A stretch of 64,000 bases of DNA from Okamejei kenojei. Lineage: Eukaryota. The DNA lies in the NCBI GenBank assembly GCA_035221665.1, contig CM069142.1, forward strand, positions 186,001 through 250,000, in the 5' to 3' direction. The position numbers and the translations under genes were made by a program. The notes beneath the pieces are model-generated. The model did no database searches and was not told the origin of the DNA. It saw nothing but the letters and a program-made list of their open reading frames with translations. This document shows positions 49,240 through 62,105 of this stretch, piece after piece. Numbering within the stretch: position 1 is the stretch's first letter; each line of letters opens with the position of its first letter.

Positions 49240-52200
49240 TAAGAGGTAACTGTTGTAAAAACAAGCCTGGAGGCTTTATGTCTCAATGCAAGGAGCATTC
49301 ATAATAAGGTGGATGAGTTGAATGTGCAGATAGTTATTCGTGAATATGATATAGTTGGGATCACGGAGACATGGCTCCAGGGTGACCAAGGCTGGGAGCT
49401 GAACATCCAGGGATATTCAATATTCAGGAGGGATAGACAGAAAGGAAAAGGAGGTGGGGTAGCGTTGCTGATTAGAGAGGAGATTAACGCAATAGAAAGG
49501 AAGGACATTAGCTTGAAGGATGTGGAATCGATATGGGTAGAGCTGCGAAACACTAAGGGGCAGAAAACGCTAGTGGGAGTTGTGTACAGGCCACCTAACA
49601 GTAGTAGTGGAGTTGGGGATGGCATCAAACAGGAAATTAGAAATGCGTGCAACAAAGGTAAAACAGTTATAATGGGTGACTTCAATCTATATATAGATTG
49701 GGTGAATCAAATTGGCAGGGGTGCTGAGGAAGAGGATTTCTTGGAATGTATGCGGGATTCTAAACCAACATGTAGAGGAACCAACGTGAGAGCAGCCATT
49801 CTAGACTGGGTATTGAGTGATGAGGAAGGGTTAGTTGCCCCTTAGGGTTTGAATATAGGAGCAAGGAGGTTCTACTGCAGTTGTACAGTGTCTTGGTGAG
49901 ACCACACCTGGAGTATTGCGTATAGTTTTGGTCTCCTAATCTGAGGAAAGACATTCTTGCCATAGAGGGAGTACAGAGAAGGTTCACCAGACTGATACCT
50001 GGGATGTCAGGATTTTCACATGAAGAAAGACTGGATAGACTCGGCTTGAACTCGCTAGAATTTAGAAGATTGAGGGGGGATCTTATAGAAACTTACAAAG
50101 TTCTTAAGGGTTTGGACAGGTTAGATGCAGGAAGATTGTTCCCGATGTTGGGGAGGTCCAGAACAAGGGGTCACAGTTTAAGGATAAGGAGGAAGTATTT
50201 TAGGATTGAGATGAGAAAAACATTTTTCACCAAGAGAGTATTTGAATGCGCGAAGTATAAGTAAAGTAGATGAGCTTGAGGCTCAGATAGAGGTTGGTAG
50301 ATATGACATTGTGGGGATTACCGAGACCTGGCTGCAGGAGGATCAGGTCTGGGAAATTAATATTCAGGGTTATACATCCTATAGAAAGGACAGGCAGGTG
50401 GGCAGAGGAGGGGGGGGGGGGGGTAGCTCTTCTGGTGAGGAATGGAATTCAGTCCCTTGCGAGGGAAGACATTGGGACTGACAAGGTAGAGTCACTGTGG
50501 ATTGAGTTGAGGAATTGCAAAGGCAAGAAGACACTAATTGGTGTTATATACAGACCCCCAAATAGTAGCCCGGATATAGGGTTAAGTTGCAGCAGGAGTT
50601 AAAACTGGCATGTAACAAAGATAATGCCACTGTGGTGATAGGGGATTTCAATATGCAGGTAGACTGGGAAAATCATGTTGGTTCAGGACCCCAAGAAAGA
50701 GAGTTTGTAGATAGGTATATGGACGTGAAGGGAAAGGAGGGGTATGGTCTGAGTGCAGGTAGATGGGACTAGGGGAAAACAAATGGTCGGCACGGACTGG
50801 AAGGGCCGAGAGGGCCTGTTTCCGTGCTGTAATTGTTATATGGTTATTAGTGCCTCCGAGTTGGATTCTTAGAGCAGCTTGTAACGGAGCCGACCAGAGA
50901 AAAGGCAATTCTGGATTTAGTGTTGTCCAATTAACCAAATTTGATAAGAGAACTCGAGGTAAAGGAACTGCTTGGAGGTCATAATATGATTAGTTATAAT
51001 CTGCAATTTGAGAAGGAGAAGGTTAAATCAGAAGTGGCAGTGATGCAGTTGAACAAAGGGGATTATGAAGGCATGAGAGGGGAGCTGGCCAAGGTAGACT
51101 GGAAAGGGATACTAGCAGGAATGACGATGGAACAGCAATGGCAGGAATTTCTGGGCATAATCCGGAAGACACAGGATCATTTCATTCCAAAAAAAGAAGA
51201 AAGATTCTAAGGGGAGTAGGAGGCAACCGTGGCTGACAAGAGAAGTTAGGGGTAGAATAAAACTAAAAGAAAAGATGTTTAACACAGCAAAGAATAGCCG
51301 GAAGCCAGAGGATTGGGAAACTTTCATTGGACGACAGAAGGAAACAAAACCGACAATAACAATAAGGGCTAAAAAGATGAAGTATGAAGGGAAGCTGGCC
51401 ATGAATATAAAGAAGGACAGTAAAAGCTTGTTTATATATGTTAAGGGAAAAAGAGTAACAAAGTCAAATGTGGGTCCCTTGAAGGCAGACATGGGTGAAA
51501 TTATTCTGGAGAACAAAGAAATGGAAGAAGAGTTGAACAGGTACTTCGGATCTGTCTTCACTAAGGAAGACACAAACAATCTCCCAGAAGTACTGGATAA
51601 CAGAGGATCTAAAGGGGTCGAGGAACTGAAAGAAATCTCAATGGGGTTAGGTAAGGGGGAGGAACAGCGAGACCTGGGTGTCCTTGTACATCGGTCACTG
51701 AAAGTTGGCATGCAGATACAACAGGCAGTGAAGAAAGCTAATGGAATGTTGGCCTTCATAACAAAAGGATTTCAATATAGGAGTAGAGAAGTTCTTCTGC
51801 AGTTGGATAGGGCTCTGGGAAGACCACATCTGGAGTATTGTGTACAGTTTTGGTCTCCTATTTAAGGAAGGACATCCTTGTGATTGAGGCAGTGCAGCGT
51901 AGGTTCACAAGTTTGATACCTGAGATGGTGGGACTGTCATACGAGGAAAGATTGAAAAGACTGGGCTTGTATTCACTGGACTTTAGAAGGATGAGGGGGA
52001 TCTTATAGAAATATGTTCCCAATGTTGGGCGAGTCCAGAACCAGGGGCCACAGTCTTAGAATAAAGGGGATGACCATTTAAGACTGAGGTGAAAAAAAGT
52101 TTCATCCAGAGAGTTGTGAATTTGTGGAATTCCCTGCTACAGAGGGCAGTGGAGGCCAAATCACTGGATCGATTTAAGAGAGTTAGAGCTCTAGGGGCTA

Positions 52201-52340
52201 GTGAAATCAAGGGATATGGGGAGAAGGCAGGCACGGGTTATTGATTGGGGATGATCAGCCATGATCGCAATGAATGGCGGTGCTGGCTTGAATGGCCGAA
52301 TGCCCTCCTCCAGCACCTATTTTTTATGTTTCTATGTTTC
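49240..52340 (+). mobile_element. Two head-to-tail internally deleted CR1 elements with a nested 3' CR1 scrap (50711-50848)
   Basis: EN ORFs 49309-49845 and 50242-50772 (ITETWL, YRPP, GDFN) jump directly to the RT C-terminus at ~49840 and ~51640. Confidence 0.88.
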
Positions 52341-52487
52341 CCTCCCTTGCTGTGTCTGTCTTTCGCTCTCTCCTTTCCTCCCTCTCTCGCTGTGTCTCTG
52401 TCTTTCGCTCTCTCCTTTCCTTCCCTTGCTGTGTCTGTCTTTCGCTCTCTCCTTCCCTCCCTCCCTCGCTGTGTCTCTGTCTTTCGC
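52340..52487. repeat. CT-rich minisatellite (~35-42 bp unit, 4 copies)
   Basis: Repeating gctgtgtct(ct)gtctttcgctctctcc. Confidence 0.85.
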
Positions 52488-52961
52488 TGGAGTAACTCAG
52501 CGGGTCAGGCAGCATCTCTGGAGAGAAGGAATAGGTGACGTTTTGGGTCAAGACCCTTCTTCGGACACTCCATAGATCCAGCCTAACATGCTGAGGAGGG
52601 GGGTTACTCCAGGGGGGAGTGTTCATTTTATGTTTTGCTCTTAAAATAAATCTGTGGTCCACTGAAGAAACAACACGATAGACCACTCTGGAAGTGCAAG
52701 TTTTGCTGTACACTTCATACTGTAGAACATATCTTAATACAAGCCCCGAGTGTTAATGGGGTTAGATTTTTTTTAAATCAGTTGTCTAGAATTAATCGGG
52801 TACCCACCCGATGTACCTTATATCAGATTTAAATCGGAATTCCGATTTTTGTTATCCTATATGTCCAAGTTTTAGTGCCCAATTATCTGGCTGCCAATCA
52901 AACCGCTGTCTCCAAGGGGGTTGCGTCCAATCACCGACGAGCTTCCCTTAAAATTCCCGTC

Positions 52962-53067
52962 AGACAAAAATGCTGGAGAAACCCAGCGGGTGAGGCAGCA
53001 TCTATGGAGCGAAGGAAATAGGCGACGTTTTGGGTCGAGAACCCTTCTTCAGGACTGATGTGAGGGT

Positions 53068-53114
<47 letters not shown>

Positions 53115-53480
53115 GGGTGGGGGGGGGGTGGAAGGAAGAAAGGAAGAGGCGGAGACATTGGGCTTCCTGAAGGAGAGCTGTGAAGCGGAGGAGAAAGCAG
53201 GGACTACCTGAAATTGAGGTCAATGTTCATACCACTGGGGGTTTTTGGTGTAAACTGCCCACCTACCGAGCAAAATATGAGGTGCTGCTCCAGCTCCAAT
53301 TTATTGATATGGTGGGCCCACTCTGGCCATGGAGGCATCCCAGGACAGAAAGGTCGGATTCGGCATGGAGGGGGTAGTTAGTGCTGAGCCACCGGAAGAG
53401 ATCATCAGTTGGTTATTGTGAACTGAGTGGTGGTGTTGGGCGAAGCGATCGCCAAAGCCTGCACTTGGTCTCACCGAGGT
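52962..53480 (-). mobile_element. Penelope-like 3' end with hammerhead motif (53024-53053)
   Basis: Reverse complement gives GETK.RL..RF..H GIY-YIG remnant, then poly-C, then CTGAAGAAGGGTTCTCGACCCAAAACGTC. Confidence 0.75.
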
Positions 53481-53864
53481 TGATCATACGCTCAATAAAT
53501 CCAACCAGAATTTTTTGTTTGGAAGTGGAAAGAAAATAATAGAAATTGCATTCATTGCAACGTGTAAAAGGAGATGAGATACTGTATTGTAATTTTGCTG
53601 CATGTCATATTGGTATATATTCATGTCTTGATTGGTAAATACGTTTAGTTTGTGACTTATTTGAAGCAGAAATAATATGTGAATGCTTCATTTACCATAA
53701 TTCCGACTGGGTAACTATGCACTTTTTCGCCCGAGCACATTATCACACGCGTCATGCACGCCGTCTTAAATGACCACTTAAACTGTCATTTGGCAACTAA
53801 AACTGCCTAGGTTGCCCCGGCTGGCAACAGAGAAAAAAAGTTAAGCGAGAGCCCTGGGAACCAG

Positions 53865-55750
53865 ATGCGAACGACAGTGGTGGAAGATATAATTTCAAAA
53901 CAATCTAAAATGTCTATTATTGATTAATGATCTACTATATTAATGGGAAAAACTGTTCTGGTATGTCTGCTTGAGAGCAGCACGTTGGTGAATCTTCCCA
54001 AACCTATTTCATTCTATTTTGACAGACCATATGACACTTGGTGCAAAATGCACAATCTATATATGATGGGCTTCTAAGGTGCTTACAAAGAGGTGGTTTT
54101 CAATACAGTACCGAAAAAGAAATTGGTGGTGTCATGTGATATCACTTGTAACTGATGGTGTGTATTACTATGTTAGGTTGCAGGGGTTGCAAAACTATTT
54201 CACTGATGATTTCCCTAATGCAACTGTTTGGCACTGTGCCAGTCACAGGCTTGAACTCAGTGTAGGTGATACTATAAGTGAAGTTCAGGTTTGGATCATT
54301 TTCAGATATTTTGTGATAAATTGTATTCCTTATATCAAAGGTCTCCTAAAAATCATTGATTGATGAGTTAACTGCATGCGCTGAGGCTCTTCACTGTCAA
54401 CCGTTGAAAATTGGTCGTGTTTTCAACGTGAGTGATGGGTTGCTTTGTTCTTACCGAACTGTAAAGACAATGCGGCAATCTATTAAGCTATTTGGGAGCA
54501 TCTAGTGCAGAGAGAGCAAAGTACGAGGGGTTGAAAAAAGTATTAGAATCATCAGCTTTCATAAAAATTTTGGTTGTGGTGATGGACAGTTTGCTTAGAG
54601 TTGTATGATGAATTGTCACTTGAACCGCAGAATCAAAATTGTACACTTAGTAAGCACATGAGGAAATATTAAACAAAAACTATCAAGGTTCTTGAATGTC
54701 AATTAGAAAAACCAGGAAAAATGTTTTATACCCAAGTGGAGAAGAAAGTGAAAGAGAAGGAGGAAAATGGGAGAAAGCAACAAGCCAGATGATATTTAAA
54801 TGAATTACATTTGAGAGCTGGTTAATTACCTACTATACATAGACAACAGTCTTTGAGAGTTTGGTCAATAATATGAAATCCAGGCTGCTTGAATTACAAC
54901 AGCTTCCAATGATGAATGTTAATGAACAAGTTGAAATATTTAGATATTAACAATATTCCAGAAGATTCACTTTTTTCCTTTGTGAATTAATGATGTGGAA
55001 GAAATGGAGACAGAACAATGTGTGGCTTAAATAACCATTAACCATATAACAATTACAGCACGGAAACAGCCCTCTCGGCCTCTTCCAGTCCGTTTGCCGA
55101 CCATTTGTTTTCCCCATAGTGTCCCTTCTTTTACCTGCACTCAGACCATACCCTCCATTCCCTTCACGTCCATTATACCTATCCACTTTTTACTCTTAAA
55201 TGTTAAAATCGATGCATCTCTGCCTCCACCACTTCTGCTGGAAGCTCATTCCACACAGCCACCCACCCCTCTGAGATCCCATCTGAGGAAAGAAGTTCCG
55301 CCCTCACGTTACCCCGGAAACCTCTGTCCCTTAATTCTCATGTCATGCCCTCTTGTTTGAATCTTCCCTACCCTCAATGGAAAAAGAAAAAAAAAAAAAA
55401 AAAAAAAATAAGAAAATAGAAAAACGGCCGGCTTCTTGGCTTTGTATCAGAGCTTTCAGAGAATTCAAGGGAATCTAAACTAAAGGGAAGGTCGTTTCTG
55501 CAGATTTTTCAGCAGCTGCTAAACGGCTGTAAATACAATTCGGTATCAACAGCAGGAATGTGAAAGAAGCTTCAGTAGCCATGAATCTCTGCATGTCACC
55601 ACAGCGCAAGACTTCAAAATGATCATCTCTCAACTCTTCTATTTATTAAGTTGGTGGGACCTCCCCTCGTCAAATTTCAACCCCGAAGAGAAGAATATGT
55701 AGAGGACATGGCTTCTTAGTGGCAGAAGCCATGCTGAAAGAAAACGGCAT
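53865..55750 (+). pseudogene. Degraded hAT-family transposase (ZNF862/KIAA1586-like)
   Basis: WHCASHRLELSVGD (CxxH motif), LKIGRVF, C-terminal dimerisation motif STA.ECERSFS.MN and LLFIKLVGP; many frameshifts; interrupted by a CR1 tail (55030-55380) and poly-A. Confidence 0.8.
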
Positions 55751-56554
55751 GCAGAGAAAAGAAAGAGGAAAGAGAGGCGACAGAAAAGAAATGGAGGATT
55801 ATATACCATTATGGAATACATTGCGAAAAGAAAAGAAAGAGGCGAGAAGGAATGGTGATTTGTTACCAATATGTGAAGAGGAGAGAGCGACGAGGGAGAG
55901 AGGAACAGGACACAAAAGCAGCTATGACGTATCACTCGTAAATGATGGTGCCATTTATAAACTATATTATCAATAAACTATATAAATAAATACACAATAA
56001 ACAAGTTATGCATTTCTTGTACTCGACATGGTATGACCGCACATTAAAAAAAATCCCCCCCCCCCTTCCCCCCCCCCCCCCCCCACCCACACCCCCTTGC
56101 CCCCCTCTGGAAGCTAACCCTCAGCCTTTCATAAAAACCCCAGTAATCCTCCACTCATCTCATTCCATCACTGGAACGGAAACGCACACCTCCATATTCA
56201 GCGAAAGTTTCTTCCCAGCTGTTATCAAGCAACTGAACCACCCGGACCAACAACTGGAGAGCGGTCCTGCAGAGATACTATCAATAATTCAAAAGAGAGT
56301 TAGATAGAGCTCTTAGGGCAAACGGAATCGAGGGGTATGGGGAGAAGGCAGGAACGGGGTGCTGATTGTGGGATGATCAGCCCATGGATCACATGAATGG
56401 CGGTGCTGGCTCGAAGGACCGCATATGGCCTGCGTTATCTCTATGGTCTATGTATCTACCTCATTAGAGGCCCTCGGACTGTTCTTTCATCGGTACTTTT
56501 GGGACTTACTCTTGCAATAAATGTTATTCACATTATTCCCTTTACCATGTATCT

Positions 56555-57050
56555 AACCATATAACCATATAACAATTACAGCACGGAAACAGGCCCTCTC
56601 GGCCCTTCCAGTCCGTGCCGACCATTTGTTTTCCCCTAGTCCTACATCTACCTGCACTCAAGACATACCCCTCCACGTCCATATACCTATCACTTACTTT
56701 TTAAATGTTAAAAATCGATCCTGCCTCCACCACTTCTGCTGGAAGCTCATTCCACACACAGCCACCACCCTCTGAGGAAAGAAGTTCTCCCTCACGTTTA
56801 CCTAAACCTCGTCCCTTAATTTCATGTCATGCCCTCCTGTTTGAATCTTCCCTACCCTCAATGGGAAAAGCTTATCCATGTCAACTCTGTCTATCCCTTT
56901 CATCATTTTAAAGACCTCAATCAAGTCCCCCCCTTAACCTTCTGCGCTCCAAAGAATAAAGACCTAACTTGTTCAACCTTTCTCTGTAACATAGTTGCTG
57001 GATCCCAGGCAACATTCTAGTAAATCTCCTCTGTACTCTCTCTATTTTGT
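56555..57050 (-). mobile_element. CR1 3' fragment
   Basis: IERVQRRFTRMLPG..; (TAACCATA)n tail. Confidence 0.88.
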
Positions 57051-57965
57051 TACACACTGTAAATGGCTCGATTGTAATCATGTATTGTCTTTCCGCTGAC
57101 TGGTTAGCACGCAACAAAAGCTTTTCACTTTACATGACAATAAACTGAACTAAAGTTAAGAAACATAGACTTCCTTCAAGATATCAGCAGTAACATCTGC
57201 AACCATTCAGGATTTTCCCCAAGGGAAATACAGAGGAAATATCACAGCAAATATCAACGATCCTAGCAAGAAGCAGGACTGACGTCACTTTACCTGCCGC
57301 ACCACAGAGGTACATTCAATCAGGTTTTCATTGTTTAGTTTTAGTAGAGAAGATACAGCGTGGAAAACAGATGTTTGGCCCGCCGGAGACCGCACTGACC
57401 AGTGATCCCCCCCTAGCACTAGCGGGACAATTTACAATCCTTACACACACACACGGGGACAACGTACAATTTTTCCAAGCTCAAATTAGCCAAAGCTGTA
57501 CGTCTTTAGAGTGCGAGAGAGAAAACCAGAGCACAGAGAAAATCCTCACGGAAACGGGGAGATGTACTAACAAACTCCTTATAAGACAGCACCCATAGTG
57601 AGGTTCAAACCTGTGTCTGTGGTGGGAAGCAGCAACTTACCCCTGCACCCTCTCTCTCTCCTGCAGTCTGACTCATTTGTTACCCATTATTCATCCAACA
57701 ATGGTGGTTCATGGGTACATGGATATGATAGAGGAATATGGGCCAAAATGCAGGCAATGGTACTAGTGTAGATGGAACATGTGGGTCAGGGGAGGCAAGT
57801 TGGGCTAAGGGCCTTTTTTTCTACACTGTATGGTTCTAATTAAATGTGAACGGAAACATTGTAATGTGAGGAGGTTACTCATAATAACTCTCGCCTCATA
57901 CATCAACGTGAAGAACACCAAGACTGAAGCACATGCAACCACCCACACCCAGAAAGGAACTTAAC

Positions 57966-58014
57966 CAGCAGAAACGAACAAGATGGAAAACCCAGATGTT
58001 TGAAGTACAATCAT
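57966..58014 (-). CDS. Candidate signal-peptide exon of the Ig gene (MIVLQTSGFSILFVSA+G)
   Basis: Branch-like ctaac and acceptor cttctatttcag 1 nt before the ATG; 16 codons plus 1 nt ends in phase 1 at g/gttaagt; joins the V exon as ..VSA-DAFITC; lies in non-repeat DNA. Confidence 0.55.
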
Positions 58015-58539
58015 TCTGAAATAGAAGTACAACTGGTTAGAATGGAGGAGAGCGTGCATTTAAAAGTCAACCCAAAATGATCACAAAAGCTTAATAAGAA
58101 TTCATTTCCCAAAGTGAGAGTGCTCCTGATCACCCATCTACCTCATTGGAGACCCTTGGACTATCTTTAATCAGACTTTAACTTGCAGTAAACATTAATC
58201 ACATATCCTGTATCTATACAATGTGGGTGGCTTGAATTTGGTAATCATGTATCGTCTTCCCACCTACAGTGTAGCATGCAACAGAAAAAGCTTTTCACGA
58301 CATGTGACGATAATCTAAACTAATTAGTTCATGTTCAGTTGATTATTTTTTACACTGTACATGCAGACAGATAAAGTTTATGAGGTATCCTGAGCCGATA
58401 TGTCACCTATCCATGTTGTTTCACTGTTCCTGTTGCCTGCCCCGCTGAGTAACTCCAGCACTGTGAGTCTATCTTGTATGAATCAGCATCTGCTGTTATT
58501 AGATGAGCGTTGGTCTTGGCATCATGTTCCCTGTGCTAT

Positions 58540-59190
58540 GCTTTTATTTGGATATATGCCTTCATCAGACAGAATATTGAGTATAGAAGTTGGAAGTCAT
58601 GTTGCAGTTGTATAAGATGTTGGTGAGACTGTATTTGGAGCATTTTTTTTATCAGTTCTGGGCACCATGTTATTAGAAAAGATGTTGTCAAGCTGGAAGG
58701 GTTACAGAGAAGATTTACAAGGATGTTGCCAGGGCTAGAGGGTCTGAGCTTTAGGGAGAGGTTGAGTAGGATGGAAACTCTATTCCTTGGACCACAGAAG
58801 GATGAGGGGTGATCTTATAAAGGTGTATAAAAATCATGAGGAAAAGGGGAGGACAATGAGATCTGGGTGTCCGTGTTCATCCAGTAACTGAAAGTAAGCA
58901 TGCAGGTACAGCAGGAAGCAGATGGCATGTTGGCCTTCATAACAAGAGGAGTTGAGTATAGGAGCAAAGAGGTCCTTCTGCAGTTGTACAGGGCCCTAGT
59001 AAGACCTCACCTGGAGTATTGTGTGCAGATTTGGTCTCTGAATTTGAGGAAGAACATTCTTGCTATTGAGAGTGCAGCGTAGGTGAAGTTAATCAAAGTC
59101 AAAAATTCCCGGGATGGCGGGACAGTCATATTTTGAAATAATGTAGCGACTTGGCTTGTATACACTGGAATTAGAAGGATGAGAAAGCTC
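58540..59190 (+). mobile_element. CR1 RT C-terminal fragments (two)
   Basis: LLQLYRALVRPHLEYCVQ. Confidence 0.8.
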
Positions 59191-59219
59191 GGCGGATAGA
59201 CCGCAGGAATGCTGCACTT

Positions 59220-59700
59220 GTCACTTTAACCTCCTCCTAAAGCACCCAAGCAGTCTTTCCCAGGTGTGCGGCACCTTCGCATCCTCCAATCTCATTTATT
59301 GCATCCATCCGCTACCTCTTAGGTGGTCAGCTGCTCTACATCGGTGAGACCAAGCGTAGGCTTTGACGACGCTTCGCCAACACCTCCGCTCAGTTCGCAA
59401 TAACCAACCTGATCTCCCGGTGGCTCAGCACTTCAACTCCCGTCCCATTCCGAATCCGACCTTTCTGACCTGGACCTCCCGCCATGCCAGAGGGACCACC
59501 GTAAATAGGAGGAAAGCAGCACCTTATATTTCACTTGGATAATTTACACCCCAGCGGTAATGAACATTGACTTCTTTTCCAATTTCAGGTAGTCCCTGGC
59601 TTTCATCCTTCTTTCTCCTCCCCACTGTCTCCGCACATTCCTTTCTTCTTCCCACCCTCCACACCCCACATCAGTGTGAAGAAGGGATCTCCAACCCAAT
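59220..59700 (+). mobile_element. Penelope-like GIY-YIG 3' fragment
   Basis: SSNLIYCI..LYIGETKRRL..VAQHFNS; degenerate hammerhead at ~59675-59697. Confidence 0.8.
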
Positions 59701-59927
59701 AAAAAATAAAAAAAAAAAAAACCCCCCAAACAGCATCAGAGGGAGGAAAAAAAGTGAAGTGTTGGTTAACACAGTTGTTAAAAAAGAACTGCAGATGCTG
59801 GAGAATCACGAGGGTTACACAAAAAGCTGGAGAAACTCAGCGGGTGCAGCAGCATCTAAGGAGCGAAGGAGATAGGCGACTTTTCGGGTCGAGACCCTTC
59901 ATTCATACTCAAGTCTGAACTTGAGTC

Positions 59928-59958
59928 CTGAAGAAGGGTCTCGACCCGAAACGTCGCC
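59928..59958 (+). ncRNA. Minimal type I hammerhead ribozyme motif (best-conserved copy), within an ~210-bp palindrome (59811-60022)
   Basis: CTGAAGA-A-GGGTC/TC/GACCC-GAA-ACGT-C: catalytic boxes, helix II hairpin, palindromic ACGU helix III and a GUC cleavage triplet; helix I is weak. Confidence 0.6.
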
Positions 59959-60574
59959 TATCTCCTTCGCTCCTTAATTGATGCTGCTGCACCCGCTGAG
60001 CTTCTCCTTTTTTGTGTAACCCCCCCCCCCCCCCCCCCGTTGGTTAACACAACTAGTCATAAATATCAACGGTAGACACAAAGTGCTAGAGTAACGCAGC
60101 TTCTCTTGAGAAAAGGAGTAGGTGGCATTTCGGGTCGAAAGCCTTCTTCAGACTGAATGTAGAGGGGGCGCGGTGGGGACAGCAAATATATTGAGGGTGA
60201 GAAAATGCTACAGTTTATTTTGCGTCCTGCCTTCCACCTCTAAAACCTATTCCTTTTCTCGAGTGATGCTGCCTGACCCGCTGAATTACTCCAGCAATTT
60301 GCGTCCATCTTCGGTGTAAACCAGCCTTTGTATTTTCTTCCTACACAGCTGGCCATTAATATTAGTCCATTGTTACGGTGCCTGTGAAATAGGAAACACA
60401 CACGGTCACAAGGAGAATGTGCAAGACTCCACAAGGAGAATTGCAAACTCCTTAATGACAGTACCCAAGGGTCAGGATTGAACCCAGTCCTATGGTGCTG
60501 GAGGCAGGAACTCTACTGCCTGTGCCACTGTGCCGCACTCATGATCAGGTCAGTGGATGGACCAAAGGGCCTCA

Positions 60575-61275
60575 TACCCATACCATTCACATAATGGAAA
60601 AGGGTCAAGAGCTTCAAATTCCTGGGTGTACACATCTCTGAAGATCTCATCCTCTCTGGTCCGAGAACACTGATGCAATCATAAAGAAAAGCTCACCAGC
60701 GCCTCTACTATCTGAGAAGATTATGGAGACTCGTATGGGTCAAGGAGGACTCTCCCCTCCTAAATTCTACAGGTACACAATAGTGAGCAGCTGACCGGTT
60801 TTTTGCATCGTGGCTTGGTTTCGGCAACTTGAGCGCACCAGGAGCGGAAAAGACTACAAATAAGTAGTAAGCACTGCCCAGATCCATCATCAGTTCCGAC
60901 CTCCTACCATCGAGGGGATCTATCGCTGCCTCAAAAAGCTGCCAGCATCATTTTTTCAAGAGATCCACACCATCCTGGCCACACACTCATCTCCCCGCTA
61001 CCTACAGTAGAAGGCACAGGAGCCTGAAGACTGCAACATCCAGGTTCAGAAACAGCTTTTTCCCCACAGCCATCAGGCTATTGAACTCAACTCAAACAAA
61101 ACTTTTGAACATTAATAGCCCATTAACTGTTTTATTTATTCATGGCGTGTATATATTTATATAACAGCATATGGAACACTGATCTGTTCTGTATTCCTGC
61201 CTTCTATATTCTGTTGTGCTGAAGCAAAGCAAGAATTTCGTTGTCCTATCTGGACACATGAAAAATAACTCTCTC
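60575..61275 (+). mobile_element. Rex1/Babar-like LINE 3' fragment
   Basis: FKFLGVHISEDL..AHQRLYYLRRL and RFRNSFFPTAIRLLN; related scraps at ~44680-45140, 45470-45680 and 29470-29660. Confidence 0.7.
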
Positions 61276-61856
61276 TTAAACCTTGAATAATTCCTTCCAC
61301 CCATCTGAAAATGGTTTAAAAACGCTTACAAAAGATACATTATGCCTGAAAAGGGTCCACACTCGACCCGAAACGTCGCCTATCTCCTTTTCGCTCCTTA
61401 GATGCTGCTGACCCAAGCACCCGCTGAGTTTCTCCAGCCTTTTGTGTACCCTCGATTCTCCCCCTCTGCAGTTCCTTCTTAAAACATAATGCTTGATGCA
61501 ACTCAGCAGGAAATGGAAACTAAGGCAATTAAATTTCTGTGTTGAGGGGTCTTTCAACCTGAAATATTGGCCCCCCCTTGTTCTCTCCCCTCACATGCTG
61601 GTCGTGCTGAGTTTCAACAGTTTCTGCTGATATCTTAGGTTTCCAGCATCCACGGTGTTTGTTTCGGCTTATTATCCCTCAACGCCTTGCCCTATACTTC
61701 ATTACTACTGCTACAATGATCAAACAAACTTAGTATGACACACCTGCAATATTAACATAACAGATATAAAAAAATATATATTTATGACTGGAATTATAAT
61801 TACAAAACATGACACGGAATACATACATTTATGGAAAAGTCACCCCCAGCACTTGC

Positions 61857-62105
61857 CGATCTGCCCTCAACCTTCTCTCTCCGGCTCCACTGTGAGATGA
61901 GGAAGTGAAAAGTGATACATGATCAGGTCCGGCCCAATCGATGCCAGATTGGCCGCCGCGTCACCAGTTGCGAGGCCAGAGGCGAGATCGGCAGGTGTTG
62001 CAAAACGGGCGCTCACACACTGCGCCTGCGCTGCCCGCCCACTCCCCCTCCGCTCAACCTGCAATTCCCCCGACCTCCCGTCCCCATGGCACATCTCTGT
62101 CGCAC
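61857..62105 (-). promoter_or_regulatory. Candidate CpG-rich promoter/first exon
   Basis: Non-repeat GC island in AT-rich flanks; Ets-IRF composite GGAAGTGAAA(AGTGA) 61901-61915; CCAAT boxes at ~61934 and ~61948 (reverse); NRF1-like TGCGCCTGCGC 62021-62031; GC box 62035-62040; possible GC-AG donor at 61855-61856. Confidence 0.5.

Larger units (their letters stand above)
29564..51200. repeat. Segmental duplication copy 2
   Basis: Collinear with 1-10220, with extra insertions (CR1, ERV) and deletions. Confidence 0.8.

Noticed and set aside
52340-52487. CRISPR-like repeat array
   Set aside because: Eukaryotic simple minisatellite with no unique spacers or cas genes
53865-55750. Domesticated KIAA1586/ZNF862-like gene
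   Set aside because: Numerous frameshifts, stops and a CR1 insertion; treated as a dead hAT transposase
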